DNA from: a virus
Taxonomy: Duplodnaviria > Caudoviricetes
Strand: one strand, 5' to 3'
IMG/VR virus record: IMGVR_UViG_3300047275_000087
Location: 1 to 54,243 of that record
Length of the DNA: 54,243 bases
A model generated the notes under the pieces. It did not search any database. It was not told the DNA's origin and saw only the letters and a list, made by a program, of their open reading frames with translations. The position numbers and the translations under genes were made by a program. Shown piece after piece: positions 26,742 to 37,776 of the stretch; the stretch's first letter is position 1, and each line of letters starts with the position of its first letter.

Positions 26742-29700
26742 ATGGCGAATCCTGCAACCCCCGCTGGACTGTCATTTGCAGATGTCAACATGGGCAGTAT
26801 GGGCGCAGACCTAAACACTGTGCTCAATCCCTATGCAGGCTTCTCGCAAATGCCACGAAGCGGAACTGAGAACATGATGCCGTCCCAAGTGGACACAGCA
26901 GTTCTTGGGCGGGAGTTAGTCAAGCAAAGCCAGTTCACCATGCCGGAGATTAAGCGTCCTCCGGTTGTGGCATACAGCCCGTCCAACAAGACGTTGTTCG
27001 TTAACGGTGCGCAGTTTGCTGCCGATGACGATGCACTGGCGTTGCAGACTGAAACACTTCTATCAAGACCCGGTGTCGGTATGCCGCAAGGTGGCGACTG
27101 GGTGCAACTTGACCCCAGTGCTTATGGTCAATACCTCAACACAATCAAGAACCCCGGCCTAGGCAAACTAGCCAAGAAGAACTTTGGCATTGGTCTGGAC
27201 AATATGCAAATGCTCGCGGGTCGCGGCTTGCAGTTCTTGGGTGCGGAAGAAACTGGTCAGCGTATTGTTGATGCCCAAGTGGGTACTGACACCATGCGTG
27301 GTGACCTTCAGAAGTCCTCGCCGTATATCCGTGAGTTCTCTGATGTCAAAGATGCCAATACTGCGATTGACTGGCTTGTAGCCACCATTGCGCAGCAAGG
27401 CCCGAACATCCTTGAATCCATTGCTACGGCTGCCGCAGGTTTTGCGGTTGGTACTGCAACAGGTGGCCCTCTTGCTGGTGGCGGTGCGGCACTTGCTGGC
27501 TTGGCTGGTAAAGAAACCTTCAAACAATCTGTTCTTGCTGCTATCAAAAAGAAAGCCGCAGGTGAGGTGCTTGACGCAGTAGAAACAAAACTACTTCGTG
27601 AAGCCGCTGGTATTGCAGGCGCAACCATATTCACTACAGCGCAGAACTACGCCACGGGTGTGGCTGACATCTATGGTGAACAACGAGACCAAGGGCAAGA
27701 CAACCGTCTTTCCGCACTGGCTTCTGCTGTACCTTACGCTGCACTTGAATCACTCCCTGAGTTTGTACTTGCGGCTCGCTTGTTTGGTACAGGCGGTATT
27801 GCCAAGCAGACTGGTCGTGCACTCAAAGACATTCAAGGTGAAACCATGTTGGGCACAGCCGCCTTGCGTGGTGGTGAACTTCTAAAGCGTGCTGGTAAAG
27901 GCTTTGTTGTTGGTGGTACTGCTGAAGGCGCGACTGAACTTGGGCAAGAAAGCCTACTCATTGCGAACACAGGTCAAGACTTTGGCGACCCCAATGTGCA
28001 AAAGCGGTTGATGGAGTCATTTGCCGCAGGCTTCGGCACTGGTGGTGTGCTTGGTGCGGCGGCAAACTTGCGCCGTGGGCCACTTACTAAAGAGCCAACC
28101 AACCTATTGAACCCAAGCCAGACTACCGAGCCTCCTGCTCCATCCACTGCGTTGGCAATCATTCCTCCTCCACCGGGTGCTCCCGTTGGTGGCCCAACTC
28201 AAACTGGTGGTATGGGTGCACGCCCTGACTTTGTGGCTGGCGCTGATGGTGTACGCCCATCTGTACCTACTGACCGCATCTTTACTGGTCAGGTTGCCCC
28301 CGGTCAATTCGGTGGTGCTCAAGGCGTTCTCGACCTTGGTGGTGCGACCATTGGTGAATTGCAGCAACGCAGTAACCAGACTGGTGAACTTGCCCCACGC
28401 ATGGTGTGGAATCCCCAGACTCAACAGTACGAGCAACAAGCCGTAACTGCACCTCCATCTGACCGGATGGCATTGCCTGCGCCTCAAGCCCCCGTTGACC
28501 CACGGCAAATGGCATTGCAGTTTGCGCCTCCTGCTCCGAGCGGTGTGGGCTTTACAGATGCACAGCCTGCGTTTAACCCTGCAATGGCTCAGCAGTTGCA
28601 GGCTGCGATTCAGCAACGCCAAATACAAGAAGCCTACGCACAGCGTATGGCTCAGGAGCAAGCACAGCGTGAAGCCGACATGAATCGTCTGGCTATTCAA
28701 GCGCAGAATCAAAGACAGTTGGACTTTGCGGCCCAGCAGCAACAGCAGCCAGTCACACAGCAACAACTTCCTATGCGTCCGTTGCCCGTGCGGCAGCCGC
28801 AGCAGTTGTCATTGTTCAACCGCAGACAAGCCCCAGTGCCTTCTCGTGCTGAAGGCTTACGCCGTGGTGTCGGCACGCAAGTGCCTGCGCCCGCACCTGT
28901 GGTTCAGGGTACTCCTACCCCCGGACAGTTCCAGCGTGCAGGTCAGTTGTCTCTATTTACCCAACAAGGTCAGCCTTCCGTGGCAGCACTCAAGAGTGCA
29001 GGTACACGCCAAGCCGTACCGACTCCAACTGTGCAGCAGGGTGCTACGCAGATTCCGCCGACAGGTGCGCCTGTTACGGCAGTAACCGCTACTAAAGCGA
29101 AAGCCGCAGTGCTCAAGAAAGGAAAAGCAAATGCCACTCAAAAAGGGAAGCAGCAACAAGATAGTGTCAGCCAACGTCAGCAAGATAATGCGGGAGTACA
29201 AGGCGGGGGGCAAACTGGGAACCAGCCCACGACCCAAGTCAAAGGCGGCGGCACTCAAGCAAGCGGTGGCGGCAAGTCTCTCAAGCGCGGGAAGAAGCAA
29301 GAAGAAGTAGTAGCCGCACCAGTCGTAACTGCTAAGCAGGAAGCGCCTAAACCTCCGACTCCTCCGAAGGGTGGCAAAAAGAAACTTGCCAAGGGTGCAG
29401 AAAAAAAGCCCGAAGCAAAGGCTAAGGCTACTCCTGCCAAAGCCGCCCAGTTGCAGAAAGGCCCAAGTGGTCTTGCGGCAATGGTCGGTCAACTTCTTGG
29501 TACAACGCAGCAACCTGCGGTGGTGGAAAGCAAAGCCAAGAAAGGCGTGCAAGAAGCCAGCGAGGAAACAAAGGCTGCGAACGAAGAACTCGATATGGCT
29601 ATCGAGACTATCGAAACAACTAAGAGTCCTGCTGCATATGTAGAGGCTCTGTTTGAAATCGTGAGTGCCTACGCACTGACTTCAAACGTCAAAGCATATC

Positions 29701-32700
29701 TCCGCACTGCATCCGAAAGGTTCTTGCAGGATGGAGGTATTCCCCAGCGGGACTTCATAGCCGCACTAAGGGAAGTGGCACTCAACGAGGAGAGCATCGG
29801 GCCTAAGACTCGCTTGTACTCCTTGTTGGCTGACCACGGGTTGCTGAACGATGCCAACATTCAAGCGTTGATTCGTCAGCCGGGGGCTAAGGTCAAACAA
29901 GAAGCCGTGGTTGACAAGCCTGTTAATACTCAGACAGAAAACCTTGGTGAGATTCGCATGGCTGAACTCATCAATAACCGTAATGGCTACCTGAACAAAG
30001 CCCAACTACGCCGTGCTGCGCTCATCCTTTATGTGGATGTAGATGACGACAACTTTAATGTAAGCGGTCGTGGACGCATCAAAGACTTCTTTACCGCTGA
30101 TGGTGAGCCTATCATCGTGCAGGTTCCCGGCACAAGTAACTTTGTATTGGCGACCAAAGAAGAAGGCAAGATGTCTAAGGAAGAATTTGCCGAGAAGCAC
30201 AAGGATGCTAGACAGGCAATGCGTGACCTTGAGGCTGAAGAAACACAGACCACACTGGATGACCTCCAGTATGACCCGCTGTATGACAACGCACGCAGTG
30301 ACCGTGGCGATTTGGAGTTCTATCGTGTTGACGGGCGTCCTACTGAACCAATGAAGGTTGGCCCACTGCGCTTGTTTGCCGCTCGTGTGGTGTCTAAGTT
30401 TGCTCGTAAGCCTACTGTCAATGTGTTTGCCAACTTGGCTGACATGCAAAAGGCTAACCCCTCGCTGTTCGCCGCTGCTGCCAAGGCACGCAAGGAAGGC
30501 GACATTGAGCATGTTAATGCTGCCGGTATGGCATGGGGTAACAATGTCGTTCTGTTTGCAGACTTCATCGAGTCCGAACAACAAGCCCGCTTCATTATCG
30601 CTCACGAAACACTTGGGCACGTTGGCTTCCGTGGCTTGTTCAATGACCGTGCACTGAACGCCATCCTGAAACTTGTTGCTGATTCAGACCCACAACTCAA
30701 GTACGCAGCAGAGGTGTATGCAGCAGGACGAGGTGTCTCGTTCCTTGAGGCAGTCGAAGAAGTGTTGGCTGACCGTGCTGCCGCCGTGGATACTAATACG
30801 CTTCTGCGTTTCTGGAGTTGGGTGAAAGACCAGTTGAACAAGATTGGCCTCAAGTTCAATGACGATGCGGCTCGCTACCTCATTGGTCTATCACGCAAGT
30901 ATGTGCGTCAAGGCACTGGGCGTAGTGAAGTCAACCTATCCGGTCTGTTCAAAGAGATTGACCAGTCGTTGCTAAACGACCAGTCGAATTTGGAAGTGCT
31001 GCGCTTTGCTGCAATGGCTCCTCAGGGTTCTATGACCCTTGCAATGGGCAACATTAACCGTAATGCTGCAATGCACGGTCAGTTATCCCGTGCCGTAAGC
31101 GATTTGATTGAAGCCAAAGAACGCACGGCTGAAGCCCGTAAGCAAGCCAAGGGGTTGTGGAAAAACACTCAAAACGTGGCGCAGTCCATCCTCGATGGTG
31201 TGCAGACTATGGATAACCTAGCCCGCAAGAGCAAAGGCTTCTCCAAGATATTTGAGTTGCTCCAACTCAAGGGTGCAAAACAAAACCAATACAAGCAGAA
31301 GTATGCAGACGGCACAGCCACTGCACACAAAGCCAAGTTTCTGGGCCTCGGTGAAGGCGCAGACATCGAGCAACAAGTTCGTGCGGGTGAGTTGCTTGCA
31401 TACGGCTCGCTCTTTAAGATGAACTCCATCTCTGATTCTCAGTTAGACAAGATGGATAACCCTGTGTTCTTTGACCCAGACTCAGGTATCTTGGATGTGA
31501 ACATTGATGCGTTCCGCGCATTGGTTGACGCAGGCCGCTTGTCTGTGGAAGATTTCAAGAAAGGCTTTGAAGTCCAGCAGGGCACAAAAGAAGTGCCCAT
31601 GACTGAGGAGCATCGTCAAGAACTCGCAGCAGAGCGTGACCTTGCTATTACCAAACTAGAAGCAGCCCGTGACAAAGCGTTTGCCCGTGTTGACAAGAAG
31701 ATTGCAGCCGAGACTGATGAAGATATGAAGGCTGAACTTGCTTTAGAACGCAAGCGGGATGAGAAGAAATTCAATCAAGACATCGAGCAGACCAAACGCT
31801 TATATACCAAGCGGATGAAAGAGCCGATGTACGAAGTGCCTAACATGGCTCCTACTCCTGAGTGGTTCAAAGACCTCACAGAAGATAGCGTTGAGTGGAA
31901 GATGTACAACGAGTTCGCAGAAACAATGGCGATGAGCCACATTGATGTTCTGCGAAGCAAGTACATTGGCGCAGTTTACGAGCAAAAGAGGGCCATCTCC
32001 GCAGGGGTGCGGGGCGCATTTAAGAAGTCTACACCACTTACGGATGTTGAGCGTAGATTTATTGAAGATGCCACTGGCATGTTTGATGAGATGCGCATGA
32101 AGGGTGCAGAGTTCCAAGGCAACAGGCTCAAGTTGTTAGCAACCTCTGAGAAGGATGCACTTGAGTGGCTGCGTATGAAGTTTGCCCGTGCGTTCTATAC
32201 TGACTTGGCTTTGAATGACCTCAAGACCATGATGCCGGGGTATACCCCTGCTCAAGTGGAGTCGCTCGTTAAGAGCATGAGGGCTAAGTTGCAGACGCAA
32301 ATTGACCCCGAAGTAGACCCAATTAAAAACAGTTCTATCTGGGCGTTGGAGCACCGCATTGAAGAACGCTCGATGTTTGCGGCTTCTATCAATGATGACC
32401 AGTTGTACGCCAAGCGTTCAATCGCAGGTGCTTATGTACCGCTTACTCGTGAAGGCGACTGGCAAGTCCGTGTGCAGGCATTTACAACCGATAAGGACGG
32501 CACTAAGTACCCAGTCAAACTGACTGATGGTCAGCAAAACTCACTGGCTTTCTACAAGACTGGTACGCAGAAAGATGCTGAGCAGTACCAAGAGGAACTA
32601 AACGCCATGCTCAATGGCGAGTACGAGATGCGGGATGAGAAGGGCAATCTACAAAAGGTTCGCCTCGAAGCCGTTGCATCTGTGACTCGTCAGACCCCTG

Positions 32701-34868
32701 ACCTTGTGGACGTGTTGCACTATGACGAGGTGATGTATTCGCTCAGCCGCTTGGGCATCCAGTTGTCGCCTGAGGTTCGCCAAGTTCTTGTGCAGAAAGT
32801 GTCCGGTCAAAATTCTCGTGCTCGTGCAAACTTGCAGCGTGCAGGTGTTCCCGGTTGGGACAAAGATATTGTCCGCAGTTCGTCTGCGTTCTTGGAGCAG
32901 CAGGCATATGTTGCAGCCAACAAAGAATACCGCCATCGTTTTGACGAGGTGCTTGACGACAACGATAACTGGAGTGACAACCCTGAACGTCTTGCTACAT
33001 TGAAAGCCAAGTGGGAATCCGCCACGGGGGAGGCCAAAGAAGTAGCGGCTCGTGAGTACTTCCAAGAGAAGTTCTTCCAAGACAATGTGGTTGAGTACAC
33101 CAAAGATGGTCGCCGTATCGAGCGAGGTCTGTACTACAACGAGCGTGCTAAGTCCATGCTTGCATGGATGGACTCAACTGGCGACATCGTACATGCCGAT
33201 GACATTTGGTCTAACAACGAGTGGAGTGTGGCTACCCGTACATGGGCGGCATTGGCTCAACTGGGTGGCTCGATTGCTACTGGTATCACGCAAGTGCTTT
33301 CGCTGCCAACAAACTCGTGGGCGTACCTCTCATCGTTCAATCCTAAGACTGGCTTTGGTGTCGGCTTAGGTGCAGGTAAGGCAGGTAAGTTACTCACCCA
33401 GTTCTTGATGAGCACGGCTAACCCCAAGTACGCTGACCTTGCATGGCTCGAAGCCCGACTTCAAGAGTTTGAGGTTGCTGAAAAGAATGGTGCGAAGTAC
33501 ACCAAAGATGGATTGACTGGTAGTGAGTTGCGTTTCTTGAAGGACATGACCGAGCAACAACGCTTGGATGCAGCCTCGTTTAACGCCATGACAGGAACCA
33601 GTAAGGGTCGCAAGATGACAGGCAACCCAACCTTCCAGAAAATTATTCAAGGTTGGATGTTCCCCTTCTCCTACTCGGAGCAGGTCAACCGCCGTGTCAC
33701 ACTTCTAGCAGCATATCGTGGTGAGTATGAGCGGCAGATGGCGACGCACGGCGACCCATCCATTGCGGATGTGAAAGCGCGTGAGGTATCCACCAAAGCA
33801 TTGGACGCGACCCAAGGTGATTACGCACAGTACAACCGCCCTGCGTTCTTCCGTGGCGGGGTGCAAGCCTTCATCTACATGTACAAGCAGTACCCAATCA
33901 TGATGATTCAACTGCTGAAGAACATGAACTACGAAGGCAGAATCATCATGATAGGTTCGTTGCTACTCCTGTCCGGCGTGCGTGGACTACCGGGTGCTGA
34001 CGACTTGTTGGACGTTCTTGATGCTATCTGCCAACGCCTCGGTTTGAAGATTGGCTCAGTCGAAAAAGAGTTTGCTCGTCTCACCGCTGATGTGTTTGGT
34101 GCGGAACTTGCCTCTGAGATTAACCCAATCGTAATGCGTGGTTTGTTTGACCGCATGACTGGTTGGTCATTCTCCAACCGCTTGGGTCTTGGCGACATAA
34201 TCCCCGGAACTGGCATCCTCAAACCCTCAGCGACTAAGGACGAAATCCTGCGTGAAGTCGAGAACTTAGCGGGTGCTCCTACATCCTTCATCGTGGGTGT
34301 GCTTAACTGGGGCGGAAGCACATTGCCAGCAGTTGTGACTGGTCGTCAATCACCTATAGAGTTATTGAGAGATAACCCAGTAAGGGCATTTAAGAATGTG
34401 GGTGATGCGTGGAAATACGCTGACACTGGCGCAATCCTCGACAACAAGGGCTATGTGGTTGCTAAGAATGTATCCACATGGGAGTTGCTCGGTAAAGCAA
34501 TGGGCTTCTACCCAAGTCGTGCGCAGATGCAGATGGACTGGATGTCAGCAGACAGACAGGAACAAGCGTACATGTCCATGATTAAAACCGAACTTACCCG
34601 TGAAGGTGTGGCAGCACGGCTTGAGAATGACACTGAACGCTTGGCTCAAGTCAGGAAGTTTGTGGCTGACTGGAACGAGGACACGAAAGGCACACGCCTT
34701 GAGATGCGTAACTTTGACCGTGGCTTGACCCAAGCCTACCGAGAAGCAAGCAAACCACTGGCTATCCGTGCGTTGAAGTCATCGGCTAAAGGTGGTCGCA
34801 TGGAGGCAAAAGATATGCTTCGCCTCTATGGAGTAGACGAGGAAACCCTTGCGGGCATCCCCGACTAA
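26742..34868 (+). CDS. Giant polyvalent ejection protein (2708 aa)
   Basis: Last structural gene. Contains a zincin-like AHETLGH...EEVLA, a PLxRFG-like YVPLTREGDW, and a C-terminal TQGDY..YNRP helical region as in large polyvalent proteins. Confidence 0.75.
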   Translation: MANPATPAGLSFADVNMGSMGADLNTVLNPYAGFSQMPRSGTENMMPSQVDTAVLGRELVKQSQFTMPEIKRPPVVAYSPSNKTLFVNGAQFAADDDALALQTETLLSRPGVGMPQGGDWVQLDPSAYGQYLNTIKNPGLGKLAKKNFGIGLDNMQMLAGRGLQFLGAEETGQRIVDAQVGTDTMRGDLQKSSPYIREFSDVKDANTAIDWLVATIAQQGPNILESIATAAAGFAVGTATGGPLAGGGAALAGLAGKETFKQSVLAAIKKKAAGEVLDAVETKLLREAAGIAGATIFTTAQNYATGVADIYGEQRDQGQDNRLSALASAVPYAALESLPEFVLAARLFGTGGIAKQTGRALKDIQGETMLGTAALRGGELLKRAGKGFVVGGTAEGATELGQESLLIANTGQDFGDPNVQKRLMESFAAGFGTGGVLGAAANLRRGPLTKEPTNLLNPSQTTEPPAPSTALAIIPPPPGAPVGGPTQTGGMGARPDFVAGADGVRPSVPTDRIFTGQVAPGQFGGAQGVLDLGGATIGELQQRSNQTGELAPRMVWNPQTQQYEQQAVTAPPSDRMALPAPQAPVDPRQMALQFAPPAPSGVGFTDAQPAFNPAMAQQLQAAIQQRQIQEAYAQRMAQEQAQREADMNRLAIQAQNQRQLDFAAQQQQQPVTQQQLPMRPLPVRQPQQLSLFNRRQAPVPSRAEGLRRGVGTQVPAPAPVVQGTPTPGQFQRAGQLSLFTQQGQPSVAALKSAGTRQAVPTPTVQQGATQIPPTGAPVTAVTATKAKAAVLKKGKANATQKGKQQQDSVSQRQQDNAGVQGGGQTGNQPTTQVKGGGTQASGGGKSLKRGKKQEEVVAAPVVTAKQEAPKPPTPPKGGKKKLAKGAEKKPEAKAKATPAKAAQLQKGPSGLAAMVGQLLGTTQQPAVVESKAKKGVQEASEETKAANEELDMAIETIETTKSPAAYVEALFEIVSAYALTSNVKAYLRTASERFLQDGGIPQRDFIAALREVALNEESIGPKTRLYSLLADHGLLNDANIQALIRQPGAKVKQEAVVDKPVNTQTENLGEIRMAELINNRNGYLNKAQLRRAALILYVDVDDDNFNVSGRGRIKDFFTADGEPIIVQVPGTSNFVLATKEEGKMSKEEFAEKHKDARQAMRDLEAEETQTTLDDLQYDPLYDNARSDRGDLEFYRVDGRPTEPMKVGPLRLFAARVVSKFARKPTVNVFANLADMQKANPSLFAAAAKARKEGDIEHVNAAGMAWGNNVVLFADFIESEQQARFIIAHETLGHVGFRGLFNDRALNAILKLVADSDPQLKYAAEVYAAGRGVSFLEAVEEVLADRAAAVDTNTLLRFWSWVKDQLNKIGLKFNDDAARYLIGLSRKYVRQGTGRSEVNLSGLFKEIDQSLLNDQSNLEVLRFAAMAPQGSMTLAMGNINRNAAMHGQLSRAVSDLIEAKERTAEARKQAKGLWKNTQNVAQSILDGVQTMDNLARKSKGFSKIFELLQLKGAKQNQYKQKYADGTATAHKAKFLGLGEGADIEQQVRAGELLAYGSLFKMNSISDSQLDKMDNPVFFDPDSGILDVNIDAFRALVDAGRLSVEDFKKGFEVQQGTKEVPMTEEHRQELAAERDLAITKLEAARDKAFARVDKKIAAETDEDMKAELALERKRDEKKFNQDIEQTKRLYTKRMKEPMYEVPNMAPTPEWFKDLTEDSVEWKMYNEFAETMAMSHIDVLRSKYIGAVYEQKRAISAGVRGAFKKSTPLTDVERRFIEDATGMFDEMRMKGAEFQGNRLKLLATSEKDALEWLRMKFARAFYTDLALNDLKTMMPGYTPAQVESLVKSMRAKLQTQIDPEVDPIKNSSIWALEHRIEERSMFAASINDDQLYAKRSIAGAYVPLTREGDWQVRVQAFTTDKDGTKYPVKLTDGQQNSLAFYKTGTQKDAEQYQEELNAMLNGEYEMRDEKGNLQKVRLEAVASVTRQTPDLVDVLHYDEVMYSLSRLGIQLSPEVRQVLVQKVSGQNSRARANLQRAGVPGWDKDIVRSSSAFLEQQAYVAANKEYRHRFDEVLDDNDNWSDNPERLATLKAKWESATGEAKEVAAREYFQEKFFQDNVVEYTKDGRRIERGLYYNERAKSMLAWMDSTGDIVHADDIWSNNEWSVATRTWAALAQLGGSIATGITQVLSLPTNSWAYLSSFNPKTGFGVGLGAGKAGKLLTQFLMSTANPKYADLAWLEARLQEFEVAEKNGAKYTKDGLTGSELRFLKDMTEQQRLDAASFNAMTGTSKGRKMTGNPTFQKIIQGWMFPFSYSEQVNRRVTLLAAYRGEYERQMATHGDPSIADVKAREVSTKALDATQGDYAQYNRPAFFRGGVQAFIYMYKQYPIMMIQLLKNMNYEGRIIMIGSLLLLSGVRGLPGADDLLDVLDAICQRLGLKIGSVEKEFARLTADVFGAELASEINPIVMRGLFDRMTGWSFSNRLGLGDIIPGTGILKPSATKDEILREVENLAGAPTSFIVGVLNWGGSTLPAVVTGRQSPIELLRDNPVRAFKNVGDAWKYADTGAILDNKGYVVAKNVSTWELLGKAMGFYPSRAQMQMDWMSADRQEQAYMSMIKTELTREGVAARLENDTERLAQVRKFVADWNEDTKGTRLEMRNFDRGLTQAYREASKPLAIRALKSSAKGGRMEAKDMLRLYGVDEETLAGIPD

Positions 34869-37735
34869 ACGGCTTGCATCTGGCCCAGTACCAAGTTAGC
34901 GATAGGTTGTTGCGCATCATCCAAGACTCCCTGTAATTCGGGGTGGTTGAGGTTGATGCCGACAACATAGCACTGTGGAATTTTCAGACCAATATCTTTA
35001 CCCAAGTACGCCTTCTCAGACTTAGGCGTCACCACGATTCCTTCCTGCTCGAACTCACGCAAGAACGCCTTGTAGTCATGCCCTCTTTGGGATAGCCAAC
35101 GGCGCAACTTCGTGCGTTCAATCAGGACAGTACCGCTTTCAAAGATGCCGTCATAGGTCTTGCGATGCAGGTCGTAGCGGACAATCACATCATTAACATA
35201 TGGTCGGTTGTTATCCCGCATCGGCTTCTGTCCGGGGGTGTGCATGACAGTCACAGTGGAATCCATGTGGGCTTTGACGAACTCACCCAACACCATGAAG
35301 GATGTTGCTTTATTAGAAGCCACAGTGGTTTTCATTGCGCCTAGTTCTTGCAGTGCCCAAACAGTTGCGTCTTGATACTCGTACTGGATGAGTCCGTATT
35401 CTTTAGCAAGTTGGTTGCCGAGGTCTGACAGGATGACACCAAGTTCCCAAAAGCGTTCGTCACCAGTGAACTGCACACCATACTTCTTGGGGAACTCACT
35501 GATACTGTGCTCCAACATATTGCGTATGACATCAACGCCTAGACCCATGATGTGCTTCATGAACTCACGCCCTGCCACACCATAGTTGTTCATCAAGAAC
35601 GCATGAATCTTACGACCCACATTACTGGTGTCACCGAACAATGGATTGGGTTGGACATTGAACTCAATCAGTCGAGCCAACTGCGCGTCCGTGGCATGAC
35701 CACCTGCATACAACATACTGCTGAATGATTCGTTGGTAGACACAGTCATTGTGGTCTGCCATTCCTTGACCGCTTTCTCCTCAGCATTGCGGTTCAGACG
35801 AGCCTTGTCCTTGCCCTGTGAAATCCAGTAGAGCATGTCACCCGCTTCCTCTTTGTCGAGCATGGTGATTTCATCCACAGTCATGGGCAAGTTGCCGTGC
35901 ATAGCCAAGCGGCTGAACAATCCGTTCTGTGTGAACTTACCACCGAAGTGGAGTAAGTCAGGGTTGCCCCACACGGACTGCATCATCAACTGACCTAGGG
36001 TTTTCCCGCCCCCTGTCTTACCATAGAGAGATAGGGTTAACCCTTTGAGTCCGCTGACCTTGAGCAGTGGCGTAGCGAAGGCAAACCCAATCAGGAACTT
36101 GTGCAGTTTGAGGTCACCCTTCTGCAAGATACTGGTGAAGTTAACCCACTCTTGCAGGTTGCCCTTGCAAGCGTACATGTCCTCACCCACCTTGTTGATG
36201 GATGATGCAAGGTTCACAGATTCTTCAAAGACAGAGCCGTTGGAGTCACGGCGAAGCAGGGTGTTACCAAGAACAAATTGTGTGTAGTCGTCCTTCCAAC
36301 CCATTGACGAATACAAGTTAGTCAATCCTCGTTTCTGCTTCAATTCCTCCATGTATGAGCGTAGTAGCATTTGGAAAAAGTTCGTTTGGTTCTTGTTAAA
36401 AAGCACGATGCCTTGGTCAGCAATCGCAGTGGAAAACTCCCGACTTCCATCAGTCAGGTAGGCTTGACGCAGTACAAGTTCTGTCCACCCAACATGCGGT
36501 CTATTCCACATGTAGCGAACAACCTCGTAACCAAGACCCTCGTCTTTCCCGTAGCCCACCGGGTAGATGTCGAACTTACACACATCAACATCTGTGTCGT
36601 CAATCACATACTTCATGCCATCAGTGGTTCGCTTGAATCCACGAGGCAATGGAACTTCTGCCGCAATCGGGTCAGCCAATGCCGCCATTGATTTGACCTC
36701 GGCAAACTGTGTGCCTAAAGCAATCGGGCTTTTAATCTTGTCCTTAAACTTACAACCCTTACAGCCGTCAGGCCGCTCAAGGGAAAACTTCTCGCACCAT
36801 GTTGCACCAGTAGCGCCGTCCTTCCAGTTCTCAACCTTGGACACAACTTCTTGTTGGTTGAACTTACTGTACTTCTCGCTCCACTTGATAGCCGTTTCGA
36901 TAGGGTCTTTGCAGTAGGCGGCTACGCCCATCAACTTCCACCAAAAGGGTTCTGAAACATCTTCTTGGTTCTCAGTACCCCAACGAATCTGTTGGCACTT
37001 TTCCGCAATCTTGTCCGCATTAGCAGGTGCGTACTCGTGCTTAACCGCCATAGCATCCAACAACGTACTGGTACGTGTCTGTTCAGCGGGTGGCTCATAC
37101 GATGAGCCTGAGGCAAACGGCGACAAAACCTGCCACAAAGTTTGGTAGTCCACATCGGGTGCATCACGCAACATCGTGGCTACCTTACCCCCTTTGGGAT
37201 TGGTGCATCCGACTGCCCTGAGAATACGAGCACTGTCACCAGTCACCCCAATGTCGGGTGTAAAGCCATGCTGAATACAGGCGGCTTTCAATGCGTCTGC
37301 CAGTGGCTTCCACTTTGCCGGTGGCACGGCGTCATTCATCACCCAATAAGTATGTAGGCCATTGCCTGACGAAACTATAATAGGCATCGGTAAGCCAACA
37401 TCCTGCACAAACTTAACCAGTGCCCGAGCACCTTCGCTTGCATTGGGGAATGGTTTCGGCTTGCCGTTCTTCCCTATGCCACAGTCAACATCAATCGCCA
37501 ATACCTTGGTCAGTTGTACATTGTCCTGCTTGCGTCTGCCCTCCTTGGTTTGGAAGGTCGAGATTGCGTAGTATGTGTTCTGTCCTCTACTATTTAAGGC
37601 TAGTGATACCTTTGCGAGTTCTTCCACTGTGCTGAAGAATCCGTGCCGTGGGGCAGGGTGTCCATCTTCAAACGAGGCTACACAATATAGCCCTTCAGTT
37701 GGTAGAACCCGCCGTAAAAAACTCAGCGTGTCCAT
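34865..37735 (-). CDS. Primase-helicase (AEP-like primase + DUF927 + ATPase)
   Basis: N-terminal IDVD and SSGNGLHTYW primase motifs, a Cys cluster (C...C.GC), a DUF927-like GW...FVLG, Walker A GKTGGGKT and Walker B VDE. Start at ATG 37735 is preferred over the track start at 37780. Confidence 0.85.
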   Translation of the reverse strand: MDTLSFLRRVLPTEGLYCVASFEDGHPAPRHGFFSTVEELAKVSLALNSRGQNTYYAISTFQTKEGRRKQDNVQLTKVLAIDVDCGIGKNGKPKPFPNASEGARALVKFVQDVGLPMPIIVSSGNGLHTYWVMNDAVPPAKWKPLADALKAACIQHGFTPDIGVTGDSARILRAVGCTNPKGGKVATMLRDAPDVDYQTLWQVLSPFASGSSYEPPAEQTRTSTLLDAMAVKHEYAPANADKIAEKCQQIRWGTENQEDVSEPFWWKLMGVAAYCKDPIETAIKWSEKYSKFNQQEVVSKVENWKDGATGATWCEKFSLERPDGCKGCKFKDKIKSPIALGTQFAEVKSMAALADPIAAEVPLPRGFKRTTDGMKYVIDDTDVDVCKFDIYPVGYGKDEGLGYEVVRYMWNRPHVGWTELVLRQAYLTDGSREFSTAIADQGIVLFNKNQTNFFQMLLRSYMEELKQKRGLTNLYSSMGWKDDYTQFVLGNTLLRRDSNGSVFEESVNLASSINKVGEDMYACKGNLQEWVNFTSILQKGDLKLHKFLIGFAFATPLLKVSGLKGLTLSLYGKTGGGKTLGQLMMQSVWGNPDLLHFGGKFTQNGLFSRLAMHGNLPMTVDEITMLDKEEAGDMLYWISQGKDKARLNRNAEEKAVKEWQTTMTVSTNESFSSMLYAGGHATDAQLARLIEFNVQPNPLFGDTSNVGRKIHAFLMNNYGVAGREFMKHIMGLGVDVIRNMLEHSISEFPKKYGVQFTGDERFWELGVILSDLGNQLAKEYGLIQYEYQDATVWALQELGAMKTTVASNKATSFMVLGEFVKAHMDSTVTVMHTPGQKPMRDNNRPYVNDVIVRYDLHRKTYDGIFESGTVLIERTKLRRWLSQRGHDYKAFLREFEQEGIVVTPKSEKAYLGKDIGLKIPQCYVVGINLNHPELQGVLDDAQQPIANLVLGQMQAV

Positions 37736-37776
37736 ATCATCCCCGTTTGTTGGGGGGTGGTTAGCCCCCCAGTACC

